Below, piece by piece: positions 35,443-48,667 of a stretch of DNA of 64,000 bases (position 1 is the first letter of the stretch; each line of letters opens with the position of its first letter). Made by a program: the position numbers and the translations under genes. The stretch is taken from contig ML978121.1 in the NCBI GenBank assembly GCA_010015805.1, forward strand, positions 3,968,001 through 4,032,000, written 5' to 3'. The notes beneath the pieces are model-generated. The model saw only the letters and a list, made by a program, of their open reading frames with translations. It was not told the origin of the DNA and did no database searches. This DNA is from Rhizodiscina lignyota. Lineage: Eukaryota.

Positions 35443-36375
35443 TATTCGGTGTCAAGACTGGCCCGATTGTACTTTAGGTGCTGTGGGAGGTCTGCGTGTT
35501 CCTTTCCATAGGTGGTACTAAGAGGATTTAGAATGGTAGACGGGAAATGAACTAAAAGAGAGATTATGAGTTGGGATATACCTAAACACCAACACCTGCC
35601 GTGTAGACAGTATTTTGTCGAAGATAATAAGAAGCTCGACAAATGCCCGATCGAGCTGGATGGTCACCGATGTCCTTTGCTTTCTTATATTCACAGTTCG
35701 CGTCGTTGTATCTCCCCACATCGCATGGTAAAGGGCAGCCGTGTCAAAGAACGAGAACGGGCAAGGCACGAAGTGGCGAGTTGCACGGTGTAAGGAAAGT
35801 GACTTGTTGAGCTAAGAAAAGAGCGAAACAGCTTATATGCTTGGAAGCTCCTCGGGAGTGTCGTGATCACGTGATCAGTTGTCACGTCCGCGGACCTCCA
35901 GCTCATGGGCCAGAACCGTAACATGTCGCTTCTTTTCGTCCCTTGTGCTCCTCTTCGCGAGCTTTGCTGTACAACTCATCTGCGTATGTGATGGTATCGG
36001 TGATATTCAGGTCCGCCAGGTCAGCGAAGTGCCAGAGTACCTTACACACTTATCAGACTGTGGAAAAGGCGTTAGCACATTCTGACAGCAGGACGACACT
36101 GAACTTGCAACTGCGCCTAAATCACTAGTAAAGCAAGATAAAAGAGCTAGCATAGACATATGCAGTCGCCATCGTAGATACACCTAAACGCAGTTTTGAT
36201 AAGTAAACTGTTAACCAATTGGATTGACGAAGCGAAAAGTGGTATTTGCCCGCTAAATCCAGTATCGCAATTTTAGGACAGCAACGCCCGTTCATCGCCA
36301 CTCGACATACTTCCTCCTTCATTCGAGACACCATCATTGGTGAGTATTGCTCTTCATACCAGCCCCGTTCGTTCT

Positions 36376-39300
36376 TCACTCCTCCTGGTACGAAATCTTC
36401 CGCATCTCTCCCAGTCTCTGCCTCGCTCGCGCCAAATTATTCTCAAGCTGCAGGATCTCGACCTAGTGGATCCAACATATTAGCCACACCTCTATCAAAT
36501 TCACACCATGCTGTATGAATGGAAACTCACCTGCTGCTCCATCTCCCTAACCTTAAACTCATGCCCACTCAACTTGGTATAATCCACACCCTCCCCATCC
36601 TCCCGATTCCTCTCCGCAATAATATCCTGCACCTGCCTCACCAGCGCCCGACATGCACTTGTAACCGCCCTGCTTGCAGTTTCCAACCTCTCTTGGGTCT
36701 TGCTCATGAAGCTCGCCTTCACCCTGCTCGCCGCCACAAGCTGCGCCGTGCTGGCAGCAACGTCGTTACTCGCGACGATGAGCTGCTCGGGCGAGTTGCG
36801 GCCGCCGATGACGCCGTCGGCCGTCTCGATGAGTGTGTTGGTTGACCCGGCGACCGCCTTGGCGGCGGAGATGAGGCCTTCGGTCCAGCGGTTGTGTTTC
36901 TTGTAGAAGGCGGCGCGGGAGGAGTTGCCCTTACCTTCGCGCACAATTTCTTGCTGCGAGGCGGTGGCGGCTTTGATGAGCTGCGCAATAGCGTTGGTGA
37001 CGGCGATGGCGGCCTCGAGAATGGAGTCGTGGATCTTGAGCTCGTAGGTGGAGTAAGCATCTCTTGGCTTGTTCATGAGCTTTGTCAGGCGCTCGGTGGC
37101 CTTTTCGATGGCTGCCGCCGCGTTGCTGAGTTCCCTATCGACCAAGTCGCCGAGGTCGCCTTGCGCGTTGGCAATTTTGCTCTTCGGCGCAAAGGTATCC
37201 GCCAACTTGGACAGCTTCTGCAGATTGACCTGGACGTCGTTGTTGTGGTTGATGACGACATCAGTCTTCTGCTCATCCTCCAGCCCTTCCAGACGGAAGC
37301 TCTGAAGACCACGGAAGAAGTTGAGAGTCGATTGCGCGGATTGTCGAGCAGCACTGATGAGCTGGTCAGCCTTCTTGTCGTCAGATGCGAACCTCGTGAT
37401 ACCCTTGGTGTTACTAAGGACATCAGCAAGGGAGCCCGAGAACGCATTTACTGTCCTGATGATTTCGGCGTGCGTGCTGTTCGGGCCGTCCGCAATATAA
37501 TTGTTGAACGCCGTAGAGAACTCCATCGCGCTTTGACTAGCTCTCTCGATTTGACTGAGCACGTATGCTCCCGAAGCATTCTGGTTTCCTGCTTGCATGC
37601 TCGAGTCGAGTTCGTACAGCGCGTCATCCACGCGTTGCACACCGCTTTGGAGCACCGAATCGATAATATCGTTAATCTTGCGGATGTTGTCGAGAAGCAG
37701 AGTGTCAATCTGTCCGTCAATGGCACTGTCAACCTCTTGATGCGAGTTTCGAAGCTTGTCGAGCTCGAGCAGTGTCTGGTCCATGCCTGCCTTGAAAATC
37801 TCCAGCTCCTCTTCCTTTTCACGAAGCTTACCCTCAAGGTCGGAGTCGCCTTCGCGATACTTCAAGTGTGCATCTTCCAGTTGTCGCGTCTTGTGGCGAA
37901 GAGCTTCCTCGAGGTCCGCAATCTCGCGATTGTGTCGTGATAGCATGGCAGACAGCTCTGATCCCTTTCCTCGCTCAGCATTGTCTACCTTCTCCAAAGC
38001 AAGTCGCAGCTCTCTCTTTAACTTTTCAAGCTCCTCACGATGGCCACCAGTCAGACGATCCTTGTCGTGGTTGGCGCGATCGCGCTCGCGAATCATGTCT
38101 GCAAGCTCGAGATTCTTCGTCTTCAGTTCCCGCTCCAGCTTCTCGCGCTTCTCGATTGCCTCTCCTGCAGATGCAGCCTTGAGCTGCACCGACTTGAACT
38201 TTTGCAAAAGATCCAAATGCTCCGTACGCAGCTGTGAATACAGTTTCGCAAGCGCTTCGTACTTCGACCGCCAGGTGTTGAGCTGTTCTTGCAGAGCTCG
38301 GATCTGGTCGTCTTTGGATTGCGTCTGCTGCTGGAAGTTCTGCTGCATGTTACCAAGTTCCGCTTCCAGAGCATTCATGCGCTGATCATATTGCTGCAGC
38401 ATCAGCTGGTCGCGCTCATACTGCGCACGTGCATTAAGATTCTCGCGCTCGAGCTCTGCCAGTCGTCCTTGCGTCTGTTGCTGGTATTGCTCTCGTAACA
38501 GCTGCTCCTGTGCCAGCCTCTGCTGGTCGGCCTGTAACCGCTGCTGCTCTTCAAAGTCGCGCTGCGCTTGTAATTGTGCTGCCTGCTGTTGTCTCTGAGC
38601 TTCTTCCCATTGCTGCTGTAACCTCCGTTGCTCTGCCTCATATTGCTCTTGTTCGCGCTTCTGCGCATCCTTCCAGAACTCGTTGATCGGCTCCGGGTCG
38701 ACGGACTGTGGTCGCGGTGGTGATGCTGGTTTCTCCAACTCTCGCGCGGGACGAGCTGGTAAGGCAGGACGTTCGTCATCATCAGATAGAAGATTTGGTG
38801 GGTCTTGAGGAAGTTTCGGCACGGTAATGAGGGAGGTGAGGTATCGGAGGTTGGAGCACTCGTAGTAGAACTTGACAAGGCGGTAATGTTGCGCATCATA
38901 GCGGCCACGTAGTGGCATGAGCGCTTCATCGTCACCAAGGGCTTGTCCATGTTAGCATCAAAAGCTCGAGCCAATCGCATCTATCCACGTACTGGTGTGC
39001 ATAGCCCGAAGCATGCTCGTGATGAACTTGTAGATACCATAGCTCTCTTGCACAAGCGGTACAAGCGCCGATATCCTGCACTCATTGTTTGAGCCACCTC
39101 GGAAGTGTGAGAAGATGAGTTTCTGGAATTGATCAATCTGATCCTGCAGGGTCATGAGATCCGAGATGGTCTCGTATCCCTCATTCGGATCATTGATCGA
39201 CTTTAGACTGATGTACTCCTCGTACTCGAACGTCCCATTGAACTCTGGGTGCTGCCTGTGGAATGCCAGCTTCGCCAGGAGGTAGTAGATGTAGTCGGTA

Positions 39301-39842
39301 ATGAGCGGAGCATAGCCTCGCAAGCCATCGCCAGTGCCGATACCACGCCGTAAACCTTCAAGCCAGCTGATGTTCGCCTGCGCTTCCTTGAGTACGATGG
39401 GATGTCCCTCCTGAAGGACTTTGTGTATCGTGATGAGTGCCTTGAAGGTCTGAACCTCGTCTGCCAGGATTGGCTGCCTGATTCCAATTCATAAGCATGA
39501 CCACTTCGAGGAGCACCGATGAAGCTCCACATACACTTTCATGCCAGCCCAGAAGGACTGTGATGACTTGTGATCCCATGTATACACAATACAGGCTCGT
39601 ACATGTTTTCCTGGGAGATGTCAGACCAAATCTCGCTCTGGCGCGATGGCGGTTGGAGCTGTCTTACGTTTTGGTGCGGTCTCATCTACAGTACAAATGC
39701 TGTCAGTGCAAGTCAATGTGAATTTCGAGTGGAATTACACACCTATGCTGGTAGCCTTCTTAATGTTGATACCCAGCTCTGCCTCCTGCTTGCTCAGGTC
39801 GACATGTCGTGTCGACGTGCCGTAGGAGCCGTAGGACGACAT
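36376..39842 (-). CDS. SLA2: Endocytic adaptor Sla2/End4 (ANTH + coiled coil + I/LWEQ); multiple introns including an 18-nt microexon at 39668-39685
   Basis: AELGINIKKATSI|DETAPK|RKHVRACIVYTWDH; QPILADEVQTFK; FYKKHNRWTEGLISAAKAVA; EMEQQ|VEILQLE. Confidence 0.95.
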
Positions 39843-40581
39843 CTCCGCGTCGACGTGCCGTTGCAGATGAGCCAGAACCGCGAGAAGCTACTAGAGAGGC
39901 CAAAGAGGGATAATCACGGAGAAGAGAGGTAGAGAGTGATCATTGAAAAGGTAGTTGAGTTGGCAGTGGGGCTTGCGGTGGCTGGTGAAGGCCTTATGCG
40001 AAGCTGCCCTGGGTCTTGGCGCGGAAGCTTCGTCACCAAGAATCGTCATCTTTCTCTCGCTCTACAACAACCACTCCGCCCCTCGCCACGCACTCGTGAC
40101 TGTAAGACAGAGGGTGCGGACCGACCGGAATGACGAAGAATCCTTCAGGTCTACAGTCTGATCGTATACAAATTGCACGAGCTGCACCACCACTCACGAT
40201 TCCCTCCCAACCCTCCTCTCGTACTTCAGCAGGAGACCAATCCACTTGCGGTGAACAAGATGAGACGGTACAACTGAGATGTCGGCCTCAGGCTGATTCA
40301 AACTTACGTCGCAGTATATTTGTTATTTCTACACCGATGGATGCTATATACAAATGCAGCGCACCTCCGTGCTTCAATGTAACTGTAGTTCACCGCCATG
40401 AGTGCTGCCTTCCATGTCGATTTAGCGGACCTTCCAAATACCGTACTCGAATCTCCGTGTAACCATCGTTGAGTCAACGACGTTTACCGCTTCACAAGTT
40501 TAAATTCTTCTCCATATTCTCCTCAAACTGCGTTCTTCAGAAGAAAGCCAATTCCTGCATCAAAGATTGTTGGCCACGAAA

Positions 40582-41271
40582 ATGTCCGTCTCAATTGAAC
40601 CACTCTCCGAGAAGGAAGTAGACGACTTTGCTCGCCTTGTCCAATCAGCATTCATTAATGGAATAGGCTCAGTCGTGCTCTACGGCGGAGCTGGATCCAA
40701 CCCAACGAATCACGCGCAATTCGTCAAGACGCAGCGTGAATACTATCGTTCAGACCGCTCTACGCGCTACATCAAAGCAGTCGACTCATGCACCGGCGAC
40801 ATCGTGGCAGTCGCAAAGTACAACTTCTATCTCCGCGAGCAGACGCCCGAAGAACTGGAACGCACGCTGTACCAGTCCCAGCCCGGAGACGAGGACTATG
40901 TGGAGCATGAAGTTCCGGTCCATCAGCACATCTTCAACAGTCGTAGGGACATTATGGGACTCAGACCATACATCTATCTCGCCATCTTGTGCACGGATCC
41001 GAAGCATCACCGTCGAGGCGCAGGCGGAAAGCTGCTCGAGTGGGGTGTCAAGCAGGCGGATGCATTGGGCCTCGAAATGTATCTAGAGTCGAGCAAGGAA
41101 GGCAAGCCATTGTATGAGCGATGGGGATTCAAGGTCGTGAAAGAGAAGTCCTTCGACATGACAGCGTTTAACAGGCCTGATTTGACTGGTATTGACTCGA
41201 GCCGGATCATGGTCCGACAGCCCAAGGGAAAGCGGGCCAGCGTTGTGGATAGTGTGCACATGACACTCTAA
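40582..41271 (+). CDS. GNAT-family N-acetyltransferase
   Basis: YLAILCTDPKHHRRGAGGKLL and MYLESSKEGKPLYERWGF. Confidence 0.88.
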   Translation: MSVSIEPLSEKEVDDFARLVQSAFINGIGSVVLYGGAGSNPTNHAQFVKTQREYYRSDRSTRYIKAVDSCTGDIVAVAKYNFYLREQTPEELERTLYQSQPGDEDYVEHEVPVHQHIFNSRRDIMGLRPYIYLAILCTDPKHHRRGAGGKLLEWGVKQADALGLEMYLESSKEGKPLYERWGFKVVKEKSFDMTAFNRPDLTGIDSSRIMVRQPKGKRASVVDSVHMTL

Positions 41272-41428
41272 AAGAATGGAGAAGAGAGAGCATGCAAAGT
41301 CTGGACACTGGCGTCTGAGAATCTGATTCATGGAGTCTGGCGCAGCATGGAGTAGCTGCTTGTCCGATAAACCGAACGCCTCGCTAAAGTGCAGCAAATA
41401 AATCAAATCATCCATGCCGCTCGTCCTG

Positions 41429-42877
41429 CTATTGTACGAGCTCGTCTGTGCCCAACATCGCTGCCATCGGATCGTTCGCAGCGACTTTCTTCTTCCGATA
41501 TTCCTCCATGTCTTCCTCAGTTACACCACCTCTCATTTCTCCAAAGCGCCGCTTTCTTGTCAAGGCGTCCGCTGTAGCCTTGTCATCACGCTCAACAGCA
41601 TTCGGCACGTGCTCTTCTTCCCGTTCTTCCTCTTCCCAAGCTATTGCTTTCGGAACTTCATCCATATCCAGAGCAGTTCGTCGGCGTTGAGCTTCCTCGA
41701 ATGCCACCTTTCCCTCTTCACCGGTACAGTAGCTGTTCTTGACCGTAGAGTGACAGCAGGCATAGCCCCACTGGAAATTTGACCACCAGCTTCCCCATAC
41801 TGATGTGTGATTGTTGATGAAGACATCCTCGGGGTATTTCGACTTGGTCTTCGTCTTCGGTGCGCCTTTGATCCCGCCACGTTCGTCATATTCGACATAT
41901 CTCTCCGATTCTTCGATTGCAGCATCCTTGAGTGGATTTTTGGCAAGATGTTCTTGTCCACCATATTTGTCAAGCAGCTTTTTCCGTTGAGATTCGCGCT
42001 TCTCTTCCGCCTCTTTCAACTGCTTCTTCCGCATGACTTCGCCAGACGTGGGATTTGCCTGCAAATGTAACTTGTTCTTGTCCCCGCGCTCCTGCGTCTC
42101 CCATGCATACTTCTGGGCTTTCTCAAACTCCGCCGCATCACCAGAACCGCGTATGAACCTTTCTTCATCAACCAGCGCGGCCGCTTTATCTGCAGTAGCA
42201 CCGCTGTCCACCATAGACCTCGTCTTCGGATCATATTTCGCGGAATCCAAATCCAGGTTCAAGAGATACTTTGCGGTATCTTCTCGAAGTCGCAAATTCC
42301 TCGTACTCGTCGCCTGCTGTCTCCCCATATCCGCCTCCTCCTCATACTTATCCCCCTCATCATTTTCCTCTCCATCTCCCTCGCCATCCTTCTTTCCTTC
42401 TTTTGACAGTTTCTTCATCTCTTCCAACTGATTGTACTCCTCAACCACAGCCTCATACTCCCGCGCATCATACCCATTCCACCGATCCCGCTTGGCGTCC
42501 CACCCCAGATTGACGTCCTGCACCACCTCATCCGCCTCGATGTTCTTCCCCGTCCATCGCGCGCCTTGTTTCCGCGGCCGCGACAGGCACTCTTTAGTCT
42601 TGTGCGTCATCGCGCCGCAGTTCTCGCATGCACCTTTGCGGAACTTTGTAGCTGCGGGACCGGCGCGCTTGCCACGATCGTACCATTTCGCATCGCGCGC
42701 AGAGTCCTGTTGTTTCTGTTGGAGACGCTGATGCTCGAGGTAATCTGTGGTGGAGGAGTCGTCGCCTGTGTCCGGGACGTAGAAGGGTTTCTTGGCGATG
42801 AAGCTTGGGATGTATTCGTTGCGTTCTTTATTGGCGGCGGAGACATCCGCTGGTTTCTTGGGCGGTGGAGGGGCCAT
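41429..42877 (-). CDS. SLU7: Pre-mRNA splicing factor Slu7
   Basis: [14 protein letters not shown], zinc knuckle [48 protein letters not shown]...WGYACC. Confidence 0.95.
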   Translation of the reverse strand: MAPPPPKKPADVSAANKERNEYIPSFIAKKPFYVPDTGDDSSTTDYLEHQRLQQKQQDSARDAKWYDRGKRAGPAATKFRKGACENCGAMTHKTKECLSRPRKQGARWTGKNIEADEVVQDVNLGWDAKRDRWNGYDAREYEAVVEEYNQLEEMKKLSKEGKKDGEGDGEENDEGDKYEEEADMGRQQATSTRNLRLREDTAKYLLNLDLDSAKYDPKTRSMVDSGATADKAAALVDEERFIRGSGDAAEFEKAQKYAWETQERGDKNKLHLQANPTSGEVMRKKQLKEAEEKRESQRKKLLDKYGGQEHLAKNPLKDAAIEESERYVEYDERGGIKGAPKTKTKSKYPEDVFINNHTSVWGSWWSNFQWGYACCHSTVKNSYCTGEEGKVAFEEAQRRRTALDMDEVPKAIAWEEEEREEEHVPNAVERDDKATADALTRKRRFGEMRGGVTEEDMEEYRKKKVAANDPMAAMLGTDELVQ

Positions 42878-43350
42878 TATGGTAGAAGGTGGAGATGGAG
42901 ATGAAGGTGAAGTGGTGGAGAGGCGCAAGGTGATGGTCAAGGGTTGCGATTGATGCCAAGAGACAGGGGTTAGCGCAGCTGTGCCACAGTGCCACACCTT
43001 AATTGCGCACGTGCCACTACCGTCTCATCTCATCTCAACTCGACTTCGTTGCTCCGACACTTGGGGTTGGAGATAGTTAACTACATCACTACACAAAGGT
43101 GGCTCAAAAGCGGCGATAGAATTGTATGCTGTATGCTGGACCCCTCTATTGGACGTGTTCTTACCAAAGTCGACATACATGGAACTTAGAAAATCACAAC
43201 ACTGTTCTCACTGCAAGAGCCAACTTCCGTCACGTTAAAAGCATTCTCCAAAGCGAGAATAGATGGATGAATGAAACATTGTCGGGATTTTCTGACAACT
43301 GATCCACCCGGCATCTCCATCCTGCAATTAGTCGCCTTCCTTCCGTCTAT

Positions 43351-43857
43351 CTAAGCATCAACAGCCTGATCCTCCAACATCGCTCTCGCTTCCTTTGGAT
43401 TGTTATACGGCCCACTTCCCGTCTTATCCTGAATAATGCTAACAATATGACTCCAGCAGCTGTAAATCCTCAGATCCGTTATCAATCCCTCGGCGTTGAA
43501 CACTGCCACTTCCGTCTCGTAAAACGGGTCGATCACGTCCCCGACAATGGTCAGCCGTTTGCTCGTCTCGAAGAACACGGTGGCTAGTTCTCCGTCTGAA
43601 GTAGAGCATGTCGAAAGGACGCGCCTCTCGTTGAGACTCCAGCACTCAAGCATTTCTTTGAGCATTGAGATGGCGCCGGAATGGCCGATGCCTGGCCTCT
43701 TGTGCTCACGCATGCTGCGGAGGAAGACTTTGCAGTCAGGGGAGAAGAAGGCGGCGAAGGTGTCAAAGTCTTCAGGTGGCGAGGAAGGTGTCATCTTCTG
43801 GATGAGCTGGTAAAGGGCATTTAACTTGTTCTTGGGATCTTCTTTGGCGGTGGCCAT
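43351..43857 (-). CDS. SnoaL/NTF2-like domain protein
   Basis: DFDTFAAFFSPDC helix motif and C-terminal VFNAEGLITDLRIY strand pattern. Confidence 0.65.
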   Translation of the reverse strand: MATAKEDPKNKLNALYQLIQKMTPSSPPEDFDTFAAFFSPDCKVFLRSMREHKRPGIGHSGAISMLKEMLECWSLNERRVLSTCSTSDGELATVFFETSKRLTIVGDVIDPFYETEVAVFNAEGLITDLRIYSCWSHIVSIIQDKTGSGPYNNPKEARAMLEDQAVDA

Positions 43858-45045
43858 ATTGTTGACTTGGTTCAGACGTAATGAAAGAAGATGCTATGGA
43901 CATACTTTAATGGCGTAGAGTACCATTAATAATAATAAGTACAGACCGACTCCAACTGCATTACGCCGTCTCATCTCCTGAAGAGCACATAGGACAGCGG
44001 CATCGGTTGCATGCCCACTACTGTGACGAATGCGCTCTTCGCTGAAGCTAGTAGGGGTTAAAAGCCACCGCTAGGATTCCAAAGTAAACTGTGCACTCAT
44101 TCACAACAACATATCTATAGAGGTTTGTAGGTATGAGCGCTAAGCCAGTCCCCAACTAGCTTCAGCAAAAGAGCGCATTTACCACGGTACCTCTCTCCAC
44201 ACACCTTGTCCAAAGCTAGTAATTCGCGGAGCAGGTGTGAAGCGGAAACGTCCTGAATCGGCCATGCAAGCCACATGCTGCAAGAGTGGCTTCAAAGGTG
44301 GGCACGGTATTGCGCGGCTTTCCGATGATATTGAATTCCCTTGTGGGTACGTTAGCAAATAATGTCGTGTCGAAATTTAGAATAGCGCTGCATGAATACG
44401 GAATACTGAAGGTTGGTCGAGAAAGGGGATTAATAAGCCTTGAGGGAGAACGAAGGTAGAGCTTGTTGATGACATGAAGCAAGATCGCTAAAGAAGCTAT
44501 GAAGCCAAACGAGAACTGGGCCAAATAGCGAGAGATGTGTAGAATGATGAGATGCAGTTCATCTCGCCGCTACTGTCACAGATCGGTGCATGTTGACCTC
44601 TTGCAGGAGAATCGAGTTCCACAGAATGAAGGAGTGAATTTACTGATCTCAACCTCGGAACATCCGTTAGTTGGCGGAGGAGTATGTCTATAGTCTCGAA
44701 CGAGTAGACCGAAGCAATAAAGTCTCTCAAAGATGCAAGTTCATAGTGGGTCATAGTTGATTGTCTATGGAAGTTGGAGAGCAGCTATCATGCTAAGTGC
44801 CGATAGTGGTCCCACACGGGACGTCAGGGACGTTCGGCGTAACCCATCGAAATTTCGTTCACCTTTCCCAAACTCATAAAAGAGCCGTTTTCCACAAAGT
44901 TGTCAATTTCTTCTGCGACACCGCCGTAACATTATCTCCGTTGATGGGGATTGGCGTTTCTGAATACTCCGAGGGGTGTGGACTCCTGGTGGGGAAGCCA
45001 TCATCAACTGCTATGACTCCGGTATGCTCGCACTCTCAACCTTCA

Positions 45046-45923
45046 CTATTCCTTGAATGTCGCTCGTTTTCTTGTGATCTCGATGCGAGCACCAGCGGCG
45101 GAAGTGATCCCACTCGGCTTCTGGATAGAAACGGTCAATGCATCGAAGCCCGGAGAGGAGAAAGCAATCTTCGCGATGAACGTTGCAAGCGCTTCGAGTG
45201 TATGGTAGGACGAATTCGTGACACCCTGATATGATTATCAGCAGCTGGCTCTCGAGGTCTTGATACGAGACGTACATCGTAGATGCCATTCACTAACGGC
45301 GCATACGTACGACATAGGACAGACTCATCCTCTGTACTACTCATATCCCAAAAGACCAAGTCCACAATGAGGAATTGTCTATCGATCCGTTCTTGGGGAC
45401 TGACACCAATGATACACGGCATCTTGATCCCTTTGACAAATAGACGAAGCACGTCGAGCTCTATTTCTTGATGTTTCTCGACTTGTTCGGTAACACAAGC
45501 AACTCCCACGCCACCTTCAGCCAGCGCCAGGGCCTTCGGAAGCACAATGACGATCTCGATTCGGCCCCTCTCCTGCACCTCTCCTGCCGCTTGAATGAAG
45601 AGCTGGGTCGAAACAGCAATGTTTTCAGCCAGACAGAACAGATCTGTCCACCCAGGTATCGGGCTGGTCTCTTCGCAGTTTCCGTGGCCTTCGACCTCCC
45701 TTCTCACCACTTCCTCCAACTTGCTGTAATCGAGGGTGTCGGACGCTCTGTCCGAGCTTGCGGCGGTGTTCGAGTTGGTGGTCACGCTTAGGTCGATAAT
45801 TACAGGCTGCAGGCGGTCGCGCCCCAAGGCATCTGTTCCAACTTTTGCTGATAGAGTCTGCTGGAGCAGAGAAACGGAGTCTCTGGTCGGCTGGGAGCTG
45901 AGAGGTGAGAGTACGCTTGCCAT
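45046..45923 (-). CDS. Stand-alone tandem dihydroneopterin-aldolase (FolB-like) domain protein; intron 45226-45275
   Basis: VGTDALGRDRLQPVIID...SDTLDYSKL; CIIGVSPQERIDRQ; spliced tail SSYHTLEALA...VSIQKPS...RIEITR. Confidence 0.8.
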
Positions 45924-46495
45924 GTTGAAGGAGATTTCCCAGTATGCTGACCGTCAGAGCGCGAACAGAAGCGTCTCAAGAGAAAGTTTTTGTTTTGTTT
46001 TTGTGAACGGGTGTTGGTTGTGGTTGAAGGAGAGAGCAATTCGCGAAGAGTGAGAAGACCTACGTTCGTTGTGTGCCACTGGGAACGAGCGTAACACTTT
46101 TAGCGCAACACCCGTGACACTCCTGACACTTACACTTCAAAGTTGAAGGAACTGGAAGAGCAGCGATGGAGACAGGGATATGATCCAATTAACTTTCACA
46201 AAGTGATGATGACGAGGACTAAGGGGAGAGGATGGGATGGCGGCCTTCCTTCATGATGTGGAAAGGGACAGATCGTTTGATTAATACATTTCAACGCCAC
46301 GCTAGATTCTGTTCAGACGTCAGCCTTAAGCCCTAGAACATAACCCATATCTATAACGGTTCGGAAGACGATGAGGAACTGTCGTTGCGATGTGGGCACT
46401 AGCCGCTCAGGGTTAGGGTTGTCACGACGAACTTATTCTCAAGCCACAGATGAAGACACCAACATTACAACAACCCCCATCTCAATTTTTCCACA

Positions 46496-47770
46496 ATGCC
46501 GTCGCACAATTCCAAGGTAAATTCCTAGCAAAGCACCCTGTTTTTGTCTACGAACTAATAATTGGCATAGAAGAGAAAGCGTTATGATGAACCAAATGCA
46601 TCCACACCAGACACCACCAAACCAACAGCGATATTTCAGGCTCCAGGCAAAGGACGGCATTACACTGTCAGCATAGCCCTTACTGGCAGCATCATCGCAA
46701 AGTCGGTCTAAATCCAAACATCTATCCCAATTGCTCGTATCTCATAACATCGTAGTGCTCAAAATCACGAGCTCAAAACCGCACTCGCCGGCCAAATAGC
46801 CCGTGCTGCTGCTGTCTTCTGCGTTGATGAGATCGTCGTCTTCAACGATGGCCAATCCCACTCTCGTGATGAGCACCACGGCCGTCATCAACACCAGGAA
46901 AACCGTTTCAACAATAATGATGCCCAAGCAGAAGACGAGCACACCGGCTGGTCCGACCCAGACCACTTTCTCGTCCACCTTCTGTCGTATCTCGAATGCC
47001 CTCCCCATCTGCGGAGAAGACTATTTCCCATTCACCCGAATCTGCGGACCGCAGGCTCATTACCGTCCTTGGACATGCCACACCACCTCCGACAGCACGA
47101 GTGGTGTGAGTATCGTGAGGGCGTCACATTGCCCCCAACCTCTCAAAACCAGCAACGTACGGTCGTCGATGTCGGTCTCAAAACCACCGTAGAGATGGAC
47201 ACGCTCATTAAGCCCAATACGCGTGTAACACACAAACTCCCTGCGCAGCCACCTCGCAAGGATGATTCCTCTCCTTTGAAAGCCGAAATCGTGGACCCCA
47301 CCACGCCTCGCACAGAAGCGGGCTTCTATTGGGGCTATGATGTTCGCTCTGCTCCTTCGCTCTCATCCGTGTTCACAGAGTGTCCCTTCGAGGGTGGATA
47401 CGACGTCAGCATCGGCACCTCCGAGCGTGGAAATGTCCTCTCATCAGTTCTACCTCTAGATCTGGTCTCCTCCCGACATGCCAAGGACTTCGACGACAAC
47501 GCACTACACCGACTTCCAGACAGCTTCACTCATCTTCTCTTGGTATTCGGCGGCGTAGCAGGTCTCGAAGCTGCTGCGGCGGCGGACGAGGACTTAGCGA
47601 GGCAGGGTGTAAAGCCTGAGAGCGTCAGTGAGCTATTCGATGCGTGGGTGAATGTGTGTCCGGGGCAAGGGAGCAGGACGATTCGTACCGAGGAGGCGGT
47701 GTGGTTGGGGTTGGCGGCGTTTAGGGAGTATGTAACGATCTGTGGACAAGAGGAGGAAGTGCAGGAGTGA
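46496..47770 (+). CDS. SPOUT methyltransferase (C9orf114/SPOUT1-like); two 5' introns
   Basis: Spliced TVSIALTGSII, GQIARAAAVFCVDEIVVF, YLECPPHLRR, LDMPHH, SIGTSERG, NVCPGQGSRTIRTEEA. Confidence 0.9.
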
Positions 47771-48357
47771 CGACGACAGGTGATGCGCGATTTGAAGAGC
47801 GACGATTTCATCGCGACATACTATGTACTGATTTCCCGCTCATCCAAACGGCCTGGCGATTTCTCGATCAAAGTGGATATACCTACGTGGCTAAGCATGC
47901 AAGCCAATTATCAACCGAAAACCAATACTAAGGAGTAATTATGACATGAATTCTTCATCTCTCATTCCCACAGGAGGCTGAAAGGCAAAAGTCTACATAG
48001 GCCGCCAGCCTGCGCTGTGACATCTACATACATTCGTTCTCCCATCCCTGGAAGAAATGCCGTTGTCCATACGCCTCGTAGCAATGCAGGTAAAACAATA
48101 CCGAATACAGACCATCAGTGTAGCAATACAGCAATGCCCGCTCAAACGCGTGAACACCGAAACAGCAATGGAATCATCAGCATCGTCAACCCTACAATGG
48201 AAAATGAAACAAGAACTTCAAACAAAGAGAAACGTCTCAGCGAAATGCTCCATCCATCCCGCACGTCATATCAGTGATGAACCTTTCGAACAAAAGAAAC
48301 ATGTTGACCATTACGCTCTCCATATACCCACACACATTATGTCAGTGGAACAGAGGA

Positions 48358-48624
48358 TCATACAACCCTCCTTGCCCCAAAAAGCGCCAAGCTAATCGCC
48401 GTATCGTTCCCATCAATCTTCTCCTTTCCGCCTTGTGCCGTCGCCCCAGCACCAACAGTCGCACCTCCACCGGCCGACGCATCAGGTAAGATTTCCCATC
48501 TACGCAGCGGGAACGGTACGGGTGGGTTGAATTGTGGTCGTGCGTGCGGTTGCGCTTGTGTTTGTTGAGCTGGTGGATTTGGGGCCTGGCTTTGGGATTG
48601 TGCTGAAGTTTGGCTCGGAGTTTG

Positions 48625-48667
<43 letters not shown>

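Noticed and set aside
36894..37940. 348-aa plus-strand ORF and similar long antisense ORFs
   Set aside because: Antisense shadows of codon-biased genes (here SLA2); no independent features.
44216..44754. Minus-strand ORF fragments between the SnoaL-like and FolB-like genes
   Set aside because: Could not be assembled into a credible gene or assigned to a family.
46409..46420. AGGGTTAGGGTT as a telomere relic or telomerase RNA template
   Set aside because: Only two units, inside a ~570-bp divergent promoter that is too small for a filamentous-fungal telomerase RNA. At most a Tbf1-type site.
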